NCBI GenBank assembly: GCA_945952465.1
Contig: CAMFIB010000005.1
Coordinates: 20,820-84,819 of the forward strand
From: an uncultured Pseudomonadota bacterium
GTDB taxonomy: Bacteria; Pseudomonadota; Gammaproteobacteria; Burkholderiales; Burkholderiaceae_C
DNA length: 64,000 nucleotides
Reading direction: 5' to 3'
Shown piece after piece: positions 9,505 through 17,532 of this stretch (position 1 is the first letter of the stretch; every line of letters starts with the position of its first letter). Below the pieces are notes generated by a model, which was not told the origin of the DNA, searched no databases, and saw only the letters and a list, made by a program, of their open reading frames with translations. A program made the position numbers and the translations under genes.

Positions 9505-10136
9505 GCGGCGTGCGCACGGCGATGCGGCGGGTGTGGGAGGTGTCGTCCATCTACCTGCCGGTGCTGCTGATGGGCGTGCTGGCGCTGGGCACCTACTGGT
9601 TCGTCAAGAACACGCCGCTGCTCGGCCAGCCCGACGCGCCGCGCCCGGTGCGGCACGACCCCGACTACTTCATGCGCGGCTTCGCGGTGCGCACCTTCGA
9701 CGCCTCGGGCCAGCTCAAGAGCGAGCTGTTCGGCACCGAGGCCCGCCACTACCCCGACACCGACACGCTGGAGATCGACCAGGTCCGCATCCGCTCCTTC
9801 AGCAAGGAAGGCCGGCTCACCACCGCCACTGCCAAGCGCGCGCTCAGCAACGCCGACGGCTCCGAGGTGCAATTGTTCGGCGACGCGCTGGTGGTGCGCG
9901 ACCCGCCGCCCAGCACCAAGCCCGGCCAGCCGGCCGACCCGCGGCTGGAGTTCCGCAGCGAGTTCCTGCACGCCTTCCTGAACGACGAACGGGTGCGCAC
10001 CGACAAGCCGGTGCAGATCAACCGCGGCGGCGACCAGTTCACCGCCGACAACCTGGCCTACGACAACATCGACCGGCTCGCCAACCTGAACGGCCGGGTG
10101 CGCGGCATCTTCCAGCCGCGCGGAACACCGAAATGA
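9501..10136 (+). CDS. lptC: LPS export system protein LptC
   Basis: 211 aa with an N-terminal TM anchor (IYLPVLLMGVLALGTYWFV). The ATGA start overlaps the kdsC stop, and the position after kdsD-kdsC is conserved. Confidence 0.8.
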   Translation: MSGVRTAMRRVWEVSSIYLPVLLMGVLALGTYWFVKNTPLLGQPDAPRPVRHDPDYFMRGFAVRTFDASGQLKSELFGTEARHYPDTDTLEIDQVRIRSFSKEGRLTTATAKRALSNADGSEVQLFGDALVVRDPPPSTKPGQPADPRLEFRSEFLHAFLNDERVRTDKPVQINRGGDQFTADNLAYDNIDRLANLNGRVRGIFQPRGTPK

Positions 10137-10924
10137 GCGCTGGCGCACCGTTGGTCTACATCACCGGTGCGTCGTCCGGCATCGGCCAGGCGCTGGCCGC
10201 GCGCTATGCCGACGCCGGTTGGCGGCTGGCGCTGGTCGCCCGCCGCGTTTCAGAGGTCGAATCGTGGGCAAGCCATCGTGGAATGGCGCCTGGCAGCTAC
10301 CAAATTTATAGCGCCGATGTGGCCGACACCGACGCCATCGTGGCCGCTGGCGCCGCCTGCATCGCGGCCCAGGGCGTGCCCGACGTGGTGATCGCCAACG
10401 CCGGCGTCAGCATCGGCATCGACAGCGCGGTGCGCAGCGACCTCGACGTGCTGGCCCGCACATTGGCCATCAACAACGTCGGCCTCGCCGCCACCTTCCA
10501 CCCCTTCATCGCCGGCATGGTGGCACGCGGCAGCGGCCGGCTGGTCGGCATCGGCAGCGTCGCCGGCATCCGCGGGCTGCCCGGCCACGGCGCCTACTGC
10601 GCCAGCAAGTCGGGCGTCATCGCCTACTGCGAGAGCCTGCGCGGCGAGCTGCGCGCCAGCGGCGTCAAGGTCGTCACCATCTGCCCCGGCTACATCGACA
10701 CGCCGCTGACCCAGGCCAACCGCTACAGCATGCCGTTCCTGATGAAGGCCGACGTGTTCGCCGACCGCGCCTTCCGCACCATCGCCGCCGGCAGCAGCTA
10801 CCGCGTCATTCCGTGGCAGATGGGCGTGGTCGCCAAGCTGTTGCGGCTGCTGCCCAACCCGCTGTACGACAGGCTGCTGGCCGGCCGGCCCCGCAAGCGC
10901 CGCCAGGGTGAATCCGGCGGCTGA
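10133..10924 (+). CDS. Short-chain dehydrogenase/reductase (SDR) family oxidoreductase
   Basis: MSAGAPLVYITGASSGIGQALA carries the TGxxxGxG motif, and YCASKSG is the catalytic YxxxK. The ATGA start overlaps the lptC stop. Confidence 0.88.
   Translation: MSAGAPLVYITGASSGIGQALAARYADAGWRLALVARRVSEVESWASHRGMAPGSYQIYSADVADTDAIVAAGAACIAAQGVPDVVIANAGVSIGIDSAVRSDLDVLARTLAINNVGLAATFHPFIAGMVARGSGRLVGIGSVAGIRGLPGHGAYCASKSGVIAYCESLRGELRASGVKVVTICPGYIDTPLTQANRYSMPFLMKADVFADRAFRTIAAGSSYRVIPWQMGVVAKLLRLLPNPLYDRLLAGRPRKRRQGESGG
10247..10312 (+). repeat. Copy B of the dispersed repeat family, in frame inside the SDR gene
   Basis: gaatggcgcctggcagctaccaaatttatagc compares with aaatggcgctttgcagctattgaatttgtagc in copy A, about 25/31 identical. 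The upstream part gtttcagaggtcgaatcgtgggcaag resembles gttttaggaatcaaatcggccgcaag of copy C (reverse complement). Confidence 0.5.
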
Positions 10925-10942
10925 AAGGGCGGCCGAAAAGAC

Positions 10943-10974
10943 AAAAGCCCTGCGGCGCGAACCACAGGGCTTTT
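10943..10974. terminator. Bidirectional rho-independent terminator between the SDR gene (+) and the RRM gene (-)
   Basis: A perfect 10-bp stem, aaaagccctg (10943-10952) with cagggctttt (10965-10974), has A- and T-tracts on both sides. Confidence 0.75.
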
Positions 10975-11018
10975 GAGAATGTGCCGGTGAGGGCCGCCGT
11001 CAGGCGACCCGGGCGCGA

Positions 11019-11495
11019 TCAGTAACCGCCGCCGCCACCGCCGTAGCCGCCGCCACCGCTGCGGCCACCACCGCCGCCGCCGCGCGGGCCAGCGCCGTAG
11101 GGGCTGCGGAAGCCGCCGTCACCGCCGCTGCGGCCACCGCCGCCGCCACCACCGTAGCCGCCGCCACCGCTGCGGCCACCGCCGCCACCGTAGCCGCCAC
11201 CACCACCGCCGCCGTAGCCGCCGCCACCGCTGCGCGGGGGACGCTCTTCCATCGGACGGGCTTCATTGACGACGACGCTGCGGCCGCCCAACGACTGGCC
11301 ATTCATGCCACCGATGGCAGCTTGCGCTTCAGCGTCGCTGCCCATTTCCACAAAACCGAAGCCCTTGGAGCGACCGGTGTCGCGCTCCATCATGACCTTG
11401 GCGCTCGTGACGGCGCCGAATTGCGAGAACGATTGCTCGAGATCGTTGTCGCGCACAGAGTACGGCAGGTTGCCGACGTACAGTTTCTTGCCCAT
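11019..11495 (-). CDS. RNA-binding protein: RRM domain plus glycine-rich C-terminal tail
   Basis: An internal ATG at 11495 gives MGKKLYVGNLPYSVRDNDLEQSFSQFGAV...KGFGFVEM, which contains the RNP2 and RNP1 motifs. The tail consists of GGGYGGGGGG/RSGGGG repeats. Confidence 0.9.
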   Translation of the reverse strand: MGKKLYVGNLPYSVRDNDLEQSFSQFGAVTSAKVMMERDTGRSKGFGFVEMGSDAEAQAAIGGMNGQSLGGRSVVVNEARPMEERPPRSGGGGYGGGGGGGYGGGGGRSGGGGYGGGGGGGRSGGDGGFRSPYGAGPRGGGGGGRSGGGGYGGGGGGY

Positions 11496-11685
11496 GAACA
11501 GGGACTCCCAATAAACACGTTTTTCTTTAGCGATGGAGTCTCGAAAGCACGACAAAAACCAAATCTGTAGCGCGAGCTTGACCAATCACCGGACCGGCAT
11601 GCCTGTCTCTGTCTCTTGACAGACATACAAAACCATTATGCGCCAGAAGAATGGAAAAGGGGAAGTGTTCCGATGATCGGCGGGC

Positions 11686-11710
11686 GCCTGTCCCCAAAAC
11701 AGGCATTTTT
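11686..11710 (+). terminator. Terminator-like hairpin with a T-tract only on the plus strand (orphan)
   Basis: gcctgt (11686-11691) pairs with acaggc (11699-11704), followed by attttt. It lies 9 nt beyond the anti-sigma stop, but there the U-tract is on the wrong strand. Confidence 0.35.
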
Positions 11711-11718
11711 CCGGGTTT

Positions 11719-11940
11719 TCAACCGGCGGGCGGCCGCCCGTCTGCTTCGTCGGACGCTGCGGCATTTCGCCAATTGCGCATCGCGTGCCGCAATGTGAAA
11801 ACCTGTCGTTCGAACGTGGAGCACGCCCCGCAGGCCAGCAGGTGAAGCCGCAGCGCGACCCGGTCGGTCGTCCGCAGCGCCCGGTCTTCGCGGGCGATCA
11901 TCAGCGTGGCCGCTTCGCGGCAGGTCCGGCGCAACAGCAT
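11719..11940 (-). CDS. Small soluble zinc-finger (zf-HC2/ZAS-type) anti-sigma factor
   Basis: 73 aa with H33-x3-C37-x2-C40 (HLLACGAC) plus Cys7. No hydrophobic segment is visible. It starts 10 nt downstream of the ECF sigma gene. Confidence 0.75.
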   Translation of the reverse strand: MLLRRTCREAATLMIAREDRALRTTDRVALRLHLLACGACSTFERQVFTLRHAMRNWRNAAASDEADGRPPAG

Positions 11941-11950
11941 GTGAGTGGGT

Positions 11951-12520
11951 TCAGGTCCGGCTCGTCGAGGGCGCCTGGAACCAGCTCAGCCCCAGGCATT
12001 CGCGCAGCCTCAGCCGCGCGCGGTGCAGCTGCACATAGAGGTTGGTCGAGGTGATCTGCAGCTCCTTACAGATCTCCTCGCACGACAGCTCCAGCCATTC
12101 GCGCATGAGGAACACGCGGCCCATGGTGGCCGGCAGTTTTTCGGTGCAGGCCTCCAGCACCATGAAGAACTGGCGCGAGCTGAGGTCTTGTTCGGGGTTG
12201 CCCCAGTCGGCCGGCGGCGAGGCGAAATGGCCGTCGGCGGTGAAGACCAGCGCGTCGAATCCGTCGTCATGGCCTTCGTCCAGCGCGTCGACGTTGACTT
12301 CGCGGGCGCGCTGGCGCAGCACGTCCACCACCTTGTGCTTCAGGATGCCCACCAGCCAGGTCTTGAGCTGCGAGCGCTGCTCGAAGGCCTGCGGCCTAGC
12401 GAGCGCGGCGACGATGGTTTCCGAGACCACGTCTTCGGCCCAGGCGTCGTTGCGCAGCTGCAGCCGCGCGAAGCGCAGCAGGTAGCCGCGCTGCTCGGCG
12501 AGGTCATCGGTGAAAGCCAT
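11951..12520 (-). CDS. ECF-family RNA polymerase sigma-70 factor
   Basis: 189 aa. The region 2-like segment is RFARLQLRNDAWAEDVVSETIV...WLVGILKHKVVD. The region 4 HTH is MREWLELSCEEICKELQITSTNLYVQLHRARLRLRE. Confidence 0.9.
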   Translation of the reverse strand: MAFTDDLAEQRGYLLRFARLQLRNDAWAEDVVSETIVAALARPQAFEQRSQLKTWLVGILKHKVVDVLRQRAREVNVDALDEGHDDGFDALVFTADGHFASPPADWGNPEQDLSSRQFFMVLEACTEKLPATMGRVFLMREWLELSCEEICKELQITSTNLYVQLHRARLRLRECLGLSWFQAPSTSRT

Positions 12521-12593
12521 GGGTGGATCGTAGCCGAGCGGCCGTTACGATCGTGTGTTTAGCCCACACCGCTTCACCGCAGGGAACACCGCC

Positions 12594-12878
12594 ATGGGTT
12601 CGTCCGACGTCGTCGCCACTGCGGCGGCCGCCTTGATCGCCGCGCTGGCCGCCGCACCCGCGGCCGCGCAAAGCCAGGAAAAATGCTTCGGCGTGGCCAA
12701 GGCCGGCCAGAACGACTGCTCCAGCCTCACCAACAGCCACGCCTGCTCCGGCCTGGCCACACGCGACCGTGACGCGGCCGAATGGGTGTACGTGGCCAAG
12801 GGCACCTGCGCCAAGCTCAAGGGCCTGACCGAGGCGCAGGCCCGCGCCAAGCTCAAGCTGCCGCCACCCAAGGCCTGA
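12594..12878 (+). CDS. bufA: DUF2282-family secreted Cys-containing peptide (bufferin-type RiPP precursor)
   Basis: 94 aa from ATG 12594 (AGGGA lies 9-13 nt upstream; an alternative GTG is at 12555). An Ala-rich signal peptide ends in AAA|QS. The core [16 protein letters not shown]...HACSG...KGTCAKLKG has four Cys (31, 42, 51, 72). It sits directly upstream of the DUF692 and DUF2063 genes. Confidence 0.8.
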   Translation: MGSSDVVATAAAALIAALAAAPAAAQSQEKCFGVAKAGQNDCSSLTNSHACSGLATRDRDAAEWVYVAKGTCAKLKGLTEAQARAKLKLPPPKA

Positions 12879-12882
12879 GCCC

Positions 12883-13752
12883 GTGCTGCCGGAGCCACCG
12901 CCCGCTGTTGGCATTGGCTGGCGCGCCGAGCACGAGGCGGCGCTGCTGGCCGGGCGGCCGGCCATCGATTTCATCGAGGTCCATTCCGAAAATTTCTTCG
13001 GTGAAGGCGGTGCCGCGCTGGCCACGCTGCTGGCCGCGCGCGCCCATTACCCGGTGAGCCTGCACGGCGTGGGGCTTGGCCTCGGGTCGGCCGCCGGACT
13101 GGACGACGCGCATCTGGCGCGGCTGGCGGCGCTGGTCGAGCGCACGGAGCCGATGCTGGTCAGCGACCACGCGGCGTTCGCCCGTGCGCCGCACGCCGGT
13201 GGCGTCACCCACGCGGCCGACCTGCTGCCGCTGCCCTTCAACCGCGCCGCGCTCGACGTGCTCGGCGCCAACGTCTGCCGCGTGCAGGACCGGCTGAAGC
13301 GGCCCATCCTCGTCGAGAACCTGACTGCCTATCTGGCGTGGCGCTCGAGCGAGATGGACGAGCCCGATTTCCTGGCCACGCTGGCCCGCCGCACCGGCTG
13401 CCGGCTGCTGCTCGACGTCAACAACCTCTACGTGAATGCGCTGAACGCGCGCCGCGCCGGCCGCCGTGGTGACCCGCTGCTGCACGCGATCGACTGGATC
13501 GACCGGCTGCCGCGCGGCGTGGTCGGCGAGGTCCATGTGGCCGGCCATGCGGCCGACGGCGACTGCGTCGTCGACGACCACGGCAGCGCGGTGTGCGACG
13601 ACGTCTGGTCGCTGCACCGCCGCACGCTGCGGCGCTTCGGGCCGGTGCCCACGCTGGTCGAATGGGACCGCGCGCTGCCGCCGCTGGCCGTGCTGGCCGG
13701 TGAAGCGCTGCGGGCGCGCGAGGCGGCGGTGCCGGCAGAGGCGCTGGCGTGA
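12883..13752 (+). CDS. bufB: DUF692 / MNIO (multinuclear non-heme iron-dependent oxidase, MbnB-like)
   Basis: 289 aa with a GTG start 4 nt after the bufA stop. [31 protein letters not shown]...[12 protein letters not shown]...VSDHAAF is typical of UPF0276/DUF692 TIM-barrel proteins. Confidence 0.85.
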   Translation: MLPEPPPAVGIGWRAEHEAALLAGRPAIDFIEVHSENFFGEGGAALATLLAARAHYPVSLHGVGLGLGSAAGLDDAHLARLAALVERTEPMLVSDHAAFARAPHAGGVTHAADLLPLPFNRAALDVLGANVCRVQDRLKRPILVENLTAYLAWRSSEMDEPDFLATLARRTGCRLLLDVNNLYVNALNARRAGRRGDPLLHAIDWIDRLPRGVVGEVHVAGHAADGDCVVDDHGSAVCDDVWSLHRRTLRRFGPVPTLVEWDRALPPLAVLAGEALRAREAAVPAEALA

Positions 13753-14555
13753 GCGACACCGCCGCGCTGGCCGCCGAACAGGCCGCGCTGGTCCGCGCGC
13801 TGTGGCTGCCGTCGCTCGACGACGCTGCGCCCGCCATCGCCGGCCTGGTCCATTCGGTGCTGGCTGGCGGGCCGCACCACCTGCACACCGGCCTGTCGGT
13901 GTACCGCGCCAACGGGCTGGGGCTGGCGGCCCGCGTGCTGCCCGCCGCCTACCCGGTGCTGGCGCGGCTGATCGGCGCCGACAGCATGGCCGCGCTGGCA
14001 AAAGACCTGTGGCGGCAGCACCCGCCGACCGACGGCGACATCGGCCGCTGGGGCGGCGCGTTGCCGGCTTTCGTGCGCTCCTCGGCCGCGTTGGCCGACG
14101 TTCCGTATCTGGCCGACGTGGCCGAGGCCGAATGGGCGCTGCACCGCGCGGCCACCGCCGCCGACGCGGTGCGCGACGACGCCTCTTTCGGCCTGCTCGC
14201 CAGCGAGCCGCCCGACACGCTCACGCTGCGGCTCGGCGCCGGCGTGGCGCTGCTGCGCAGCCCGTGGCCGGTCGCCAGCCTGATCGCCGCGCACCAGGCG
14301 AACGACGACGCCGCACTCGCGCGCATCGCCGAAGCGCCACAACCCGAACACACGCTGGTCTGGCGGCACGGCTTTCAGCCCCGTTGCCGCGCGGCAAGCG
14401 ACGCAGAAGCCGCGTTGGTCGAGGCCTTGCTGCACGGCGACAACCTGGATGCCGCGCTCGCGCTCGCGCAGGGGCTGGCGTTCAAGGCCTGGCTGCTGGA
14501 GGCGGTGCGCAGCGGGCTGGTGGTGGCCGCCGACCGCCGACGGGCAGCGGATTAA
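13749..14555 (+). CDS. bufC: DUF2063-family partner protein of MNIO enzymes
   Basis: 268 aa. A GTGA overlap with the DUF692 stop suggests translational coupling. The DUF692-DUF2063 pairing is conserved, and the N-terminus QAALVRALW is typical of the family. Confidence 0.7.
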   Translation: MSDTAALAAEQAALVRALWLPSLDDAAPAIAGLVHSVLAGGPHHLHTGLSVYRANGLGLAARVLPAAYPVLARLIGADSMAALAKDLWRQHPPTDGDIGRWGGALPAFVRSSAALADVPYLADVAEAEWALHRAATAADAVRDDASFGLLASEPPDTLTLRLGAGVALLRSPWPVASLIAAHQANDDAALARIAEAPQPEHTLVWRHGFQPRCRAASDAEAALVEALLHGDNLDAALALAQGLAFKAWLLEAVRSGLVVAADRRRAAD

Positions 14556-15007
14556 AAGTCCGCTGCTGCGGCCAGCGCCCGCCGCACCGTGTCGGCGTCG
14601 AAACCCCGGCCCAGCAGGAAGCGCATCTGCTTGGCCTTGTCGGCCGGGGTGCCCGGTGGTTGGTCACCGAACTTCTTCAGGCGCACGGCGCGGGCCCGCT
14701 CCAGCTCGCTGCCCCGCAATGCCGCCAGGCTGCGGGCAATGGCATCTGCCGCCAGGCCGCGCTGCTGCAGCTCCTGCTGCAGCCGGCGCTGGCCGAGCTG
14801 GCCGGCGCGCCGGTGCACCACGCTGTCGAGCACCCGCTGCTCGTCGATGAAGCCCTTGGCCTGCAGCGCGTCCAGTGCGGCGGCCAGTTCGCCCGGCTGC
14901 TGTTCGTGGCTGGCGAGCTTGCGCTCCAGCTCGGCGCGCGAATGCTCGCGCCCGGCCAGCAGCCGCAAGGCGCGGGACTTTAGGGACGGGGGCGATGCAG
15001 CCGGCAA
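14552..15007 (-). CDS. recX: Recombination regulator RecX
   Basis: 151 aa with a TTG start. LRLLAGREHSRAELERKL and three helical repeats are present. It lies immediately downstream of recA. Confidence 0.9.
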   Translation of the reverse strand: MPAASPPSLKSRALRLLAGREHSRAELERKLASHEQQPGELAAALDALQAKGFIDEQRVLDSVVHRRAGQLGQRRLQQELQQRGLAADAIARSLAALRGSELERARAVRLKKFGDQPPGTPADKAKQMRFLLGRGFDADTVRRALAAAADF

Positions 15008-15009
15008 GA

Positions 15010-15077
15010 CGCTACCAAAACAGAAGCAAACTATTCAGCAGTGGCGCTGACTACAAGGCCTTTTGGCATTGAAACCC
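15010..15077 (-). repeat. Copy E of the dispersed repeat family (recA-recX spacer)
   Basis: Its reverse complement gggtttcaatgccaaaaggccttgtagtcagcgccactgctgaatagtttgcttc aligns with copies C and F. The tcagcgccactgctga core matches tcagcaccaatgctga in F. Confidence 0.6.
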
Positions 15078-15082
15078 GCCGA

Positions 15083-16141
<1,059 letters not shown>

Positions 16142-16206
16142 GGTGAAAATCCCTTTGTGAATCAATGGTTTGGTAAAACTGGCGGCCATCTGACGATTTC
16201 AACAGG

Positions 16207-16222
16207 CTGGACGCTTGAACAG
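16207..16222 (-). promoter_or_regulatory. Candidate LexA (SOS) box upstream of recA
   Basis: The minus strand reads CTGTTCAAGCGTCCAG, one mismatch from CTGT-N8-ACAG. It lies 66-81 nt upstream of the recA ATG. Confidence 0.4.
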
Positions 16223-16286
16223 TAGTTTAGGGGTTGGTCGAAAAAAGAAAAGCCGATTAATCGTCAGTTTGCCTTACCATTTCCGC

Positions 16287-16805
16287 ATGGCCGATTCACC
16301 CGCAGCCCTGGCGCCCGATTGGCGGCAAAGCCACCTCGGCCGCCTGCTCGGCCACGCGATGCGTCGCTTCGACGAACGGGTCATGCATGTGATGGCGCAC
16401 AGCGTCGAGGTGCCGCTGGCGCTGTCCAACCTCGCGGCGCGCGGGCAGGTCAGCGCCGCGCACATCCACCTCACCCGCCACCTCGCGCTGGAAGGCTCGC
16501 GCCTCACCGACCTGGCCGAAGCCGCCGGCATGAGCAAGCAGGCCATGGGCGACCTCGTCACGCAGTGCGAGGCCTGGGGCCTGGTCACGCGCGAGCCGGG
16601 CCTGGCCGACCGGCGCGCCCGCCTGATCTGTTTCACCGAGGCCGGCCGGCTGTGGCTGCGCGCCTTCGAGCAGGCGGTGGCGCGCGCCGAGGCCGAATTC
16701 CGCGCGGAAGTGGGCGCGGAAGTGGCGACCGTGGTGACGCTGGGTCTGGAGGCCTACGCGGGCGGCTACGGCGCGCCGCGCCAGGGTGCCCGCGACCTAC
16801 AATGA
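16287..16805 (+). CDS. MarR-family transcriptional regulator
   Basis: From the internal ATG at 16287, MADSPAALAPDWRQSHLGRLLGHAMRRFDERV... The winged-helix segment is LTRHLALEGSRLTDLAEAAGMSKQAMGDLVTQCEAWGLVTREP..DRRA. Confidence 0.8.
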   Translation: MADSPAALAPDWRQSHLGRLLGHAMRRFDERVMHVMAHSVEVPLALSNLAARGQVSAAHIHLTRHLALEGSRLTDLAEAAGMSKQAMGDLVTQCEAWGLVTREPGLADRRARLICFTEAGRLWLRAFEQAVARAEAEFRAEVGAEVATVVTLGLEAYAGGYGAPRQGARDLQ

Positions 16806-16829
16806 CCCGAAAGAACGCAGGAGACAACC

Positions 16830-17504
16830 ATGCGGATACTCATTGCCGAGGACGACCAGGTGTTGGCCGACGGCTTGCTGCGCAGCCTGCGGACCGGCGG
16901 CGCGGCGGTGGACCATGTGCCCGACGGGGCGCAGGCCGATGCGGCGTTGATGACCAACACCCAGTTCGACCTGCTCATCCTCGACCTCGGGCTGCCGCGC
17001 CTGCACGGGCTGGAGGTGCTCAAGCGCCTGCGCGCCCGCGGCGCCACGCTGCCGGTGCTCATCCTCACCGCCGCAGACGGCGTGGAGGAACGGGTCAAGG
17101 GCCTCGACTACGGCGCCGACGACTACATGGCCAAGCCCTTCAGCCTGCAGGAGCTAGAAGCCCGCGTGCGGGCCCTCACGCGCCGCGGCATGGGTGGGGC
17201 CACCAGCGCCATCAAGCACGGCCCGCTGGTGTACGACCAGGCCGGCCGCGTGGCCACCATCGACGGCAAGATGGTCGAGCTCTCCGCCCGTGAACTCGGC
17301 CTGCTCGAGGTGCTGCTGCAGCGCGCCGGCCGGCTGGTGAGCAAGGACCAGCTCGTCGAGCGGCTGTGCGAGTGGGGCGAAGAGGTCAGCAACAACGCGA
17401 TCGAGGTCTACATCCACCGCCTGCGCAAGAAGATCGAGAAGGGCCCGATCCGCATCGCCACCGTGCGCGGCCTGGGTTATTGCCTAGAGAAGATCGTGCC
17501 GTAG
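16830..17504 (+). CDS. OmpR/PhoB-family two-component response regulator
   Basis: 224 aa. MRILIAEDD...DLLILDLGLP contains the receiver aspartate. The C-terminal winged helix is VEVYIHRLRKKI...IATVRGLGY. Confidence 0.92.
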   Translation: MRILIAEDDQVLADGLLRSLRTGGAAVDHVPDGAQADAALMTNTQFDLLILDLGLPRLHGLEVLKRLRARGATLPVLILTAADGVEERVKGLDYGADDYMAKPFSLQELEARVRALTRRGMGGATSAIKHGPLVYDQAGRVATIDGKMVELSARELGLLEVLLQRAGRLVSKDQLVERLCEWGEEVSNNAIEVYIHRLRKKIEKGPIRIATVRGLGYCLEKIVP

Positions 17505-17532
17505 CCGGGCGCTTCAGAGGACGGCTGCCGAC

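Noticed and set aside
11019-11250. Possible CRISPR-like or tandem array because of reiterated short GC-rich units
   Set aside because: The units are contiguous codon repeats inside a CDS with no unique spacers, so this is not a CRISPR array.
11000-11302. 100-aa poly-Ala/Val ORF on the minus strand
   Set aside because: It is an alternative frame of the glycine-rich tail of the RRM protein, a repetitive GCC/GGC artefact.
12555-12593. Upstream GTG start for the DUF2282 precursor (107-aa version)
   Set aside because: There is no Shine-Dalgarno sequence, and it lies only 34 nt from the divergent sigma start. ATG 12594 has an AGGGA RBS. The longer form would add a positively charged n-region, so it cannot be fully excluded.
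12521-12593. ECF-type promoter (GGAAC ... CGT) in the sigma/precursor intergenic region
   Set aside because: The only GGAAC (12583-12587) is 7 nt from the ATG and is better explained as part of the RBS. The minus-strand TGAAGC...CGATCGT match is too weak to call.
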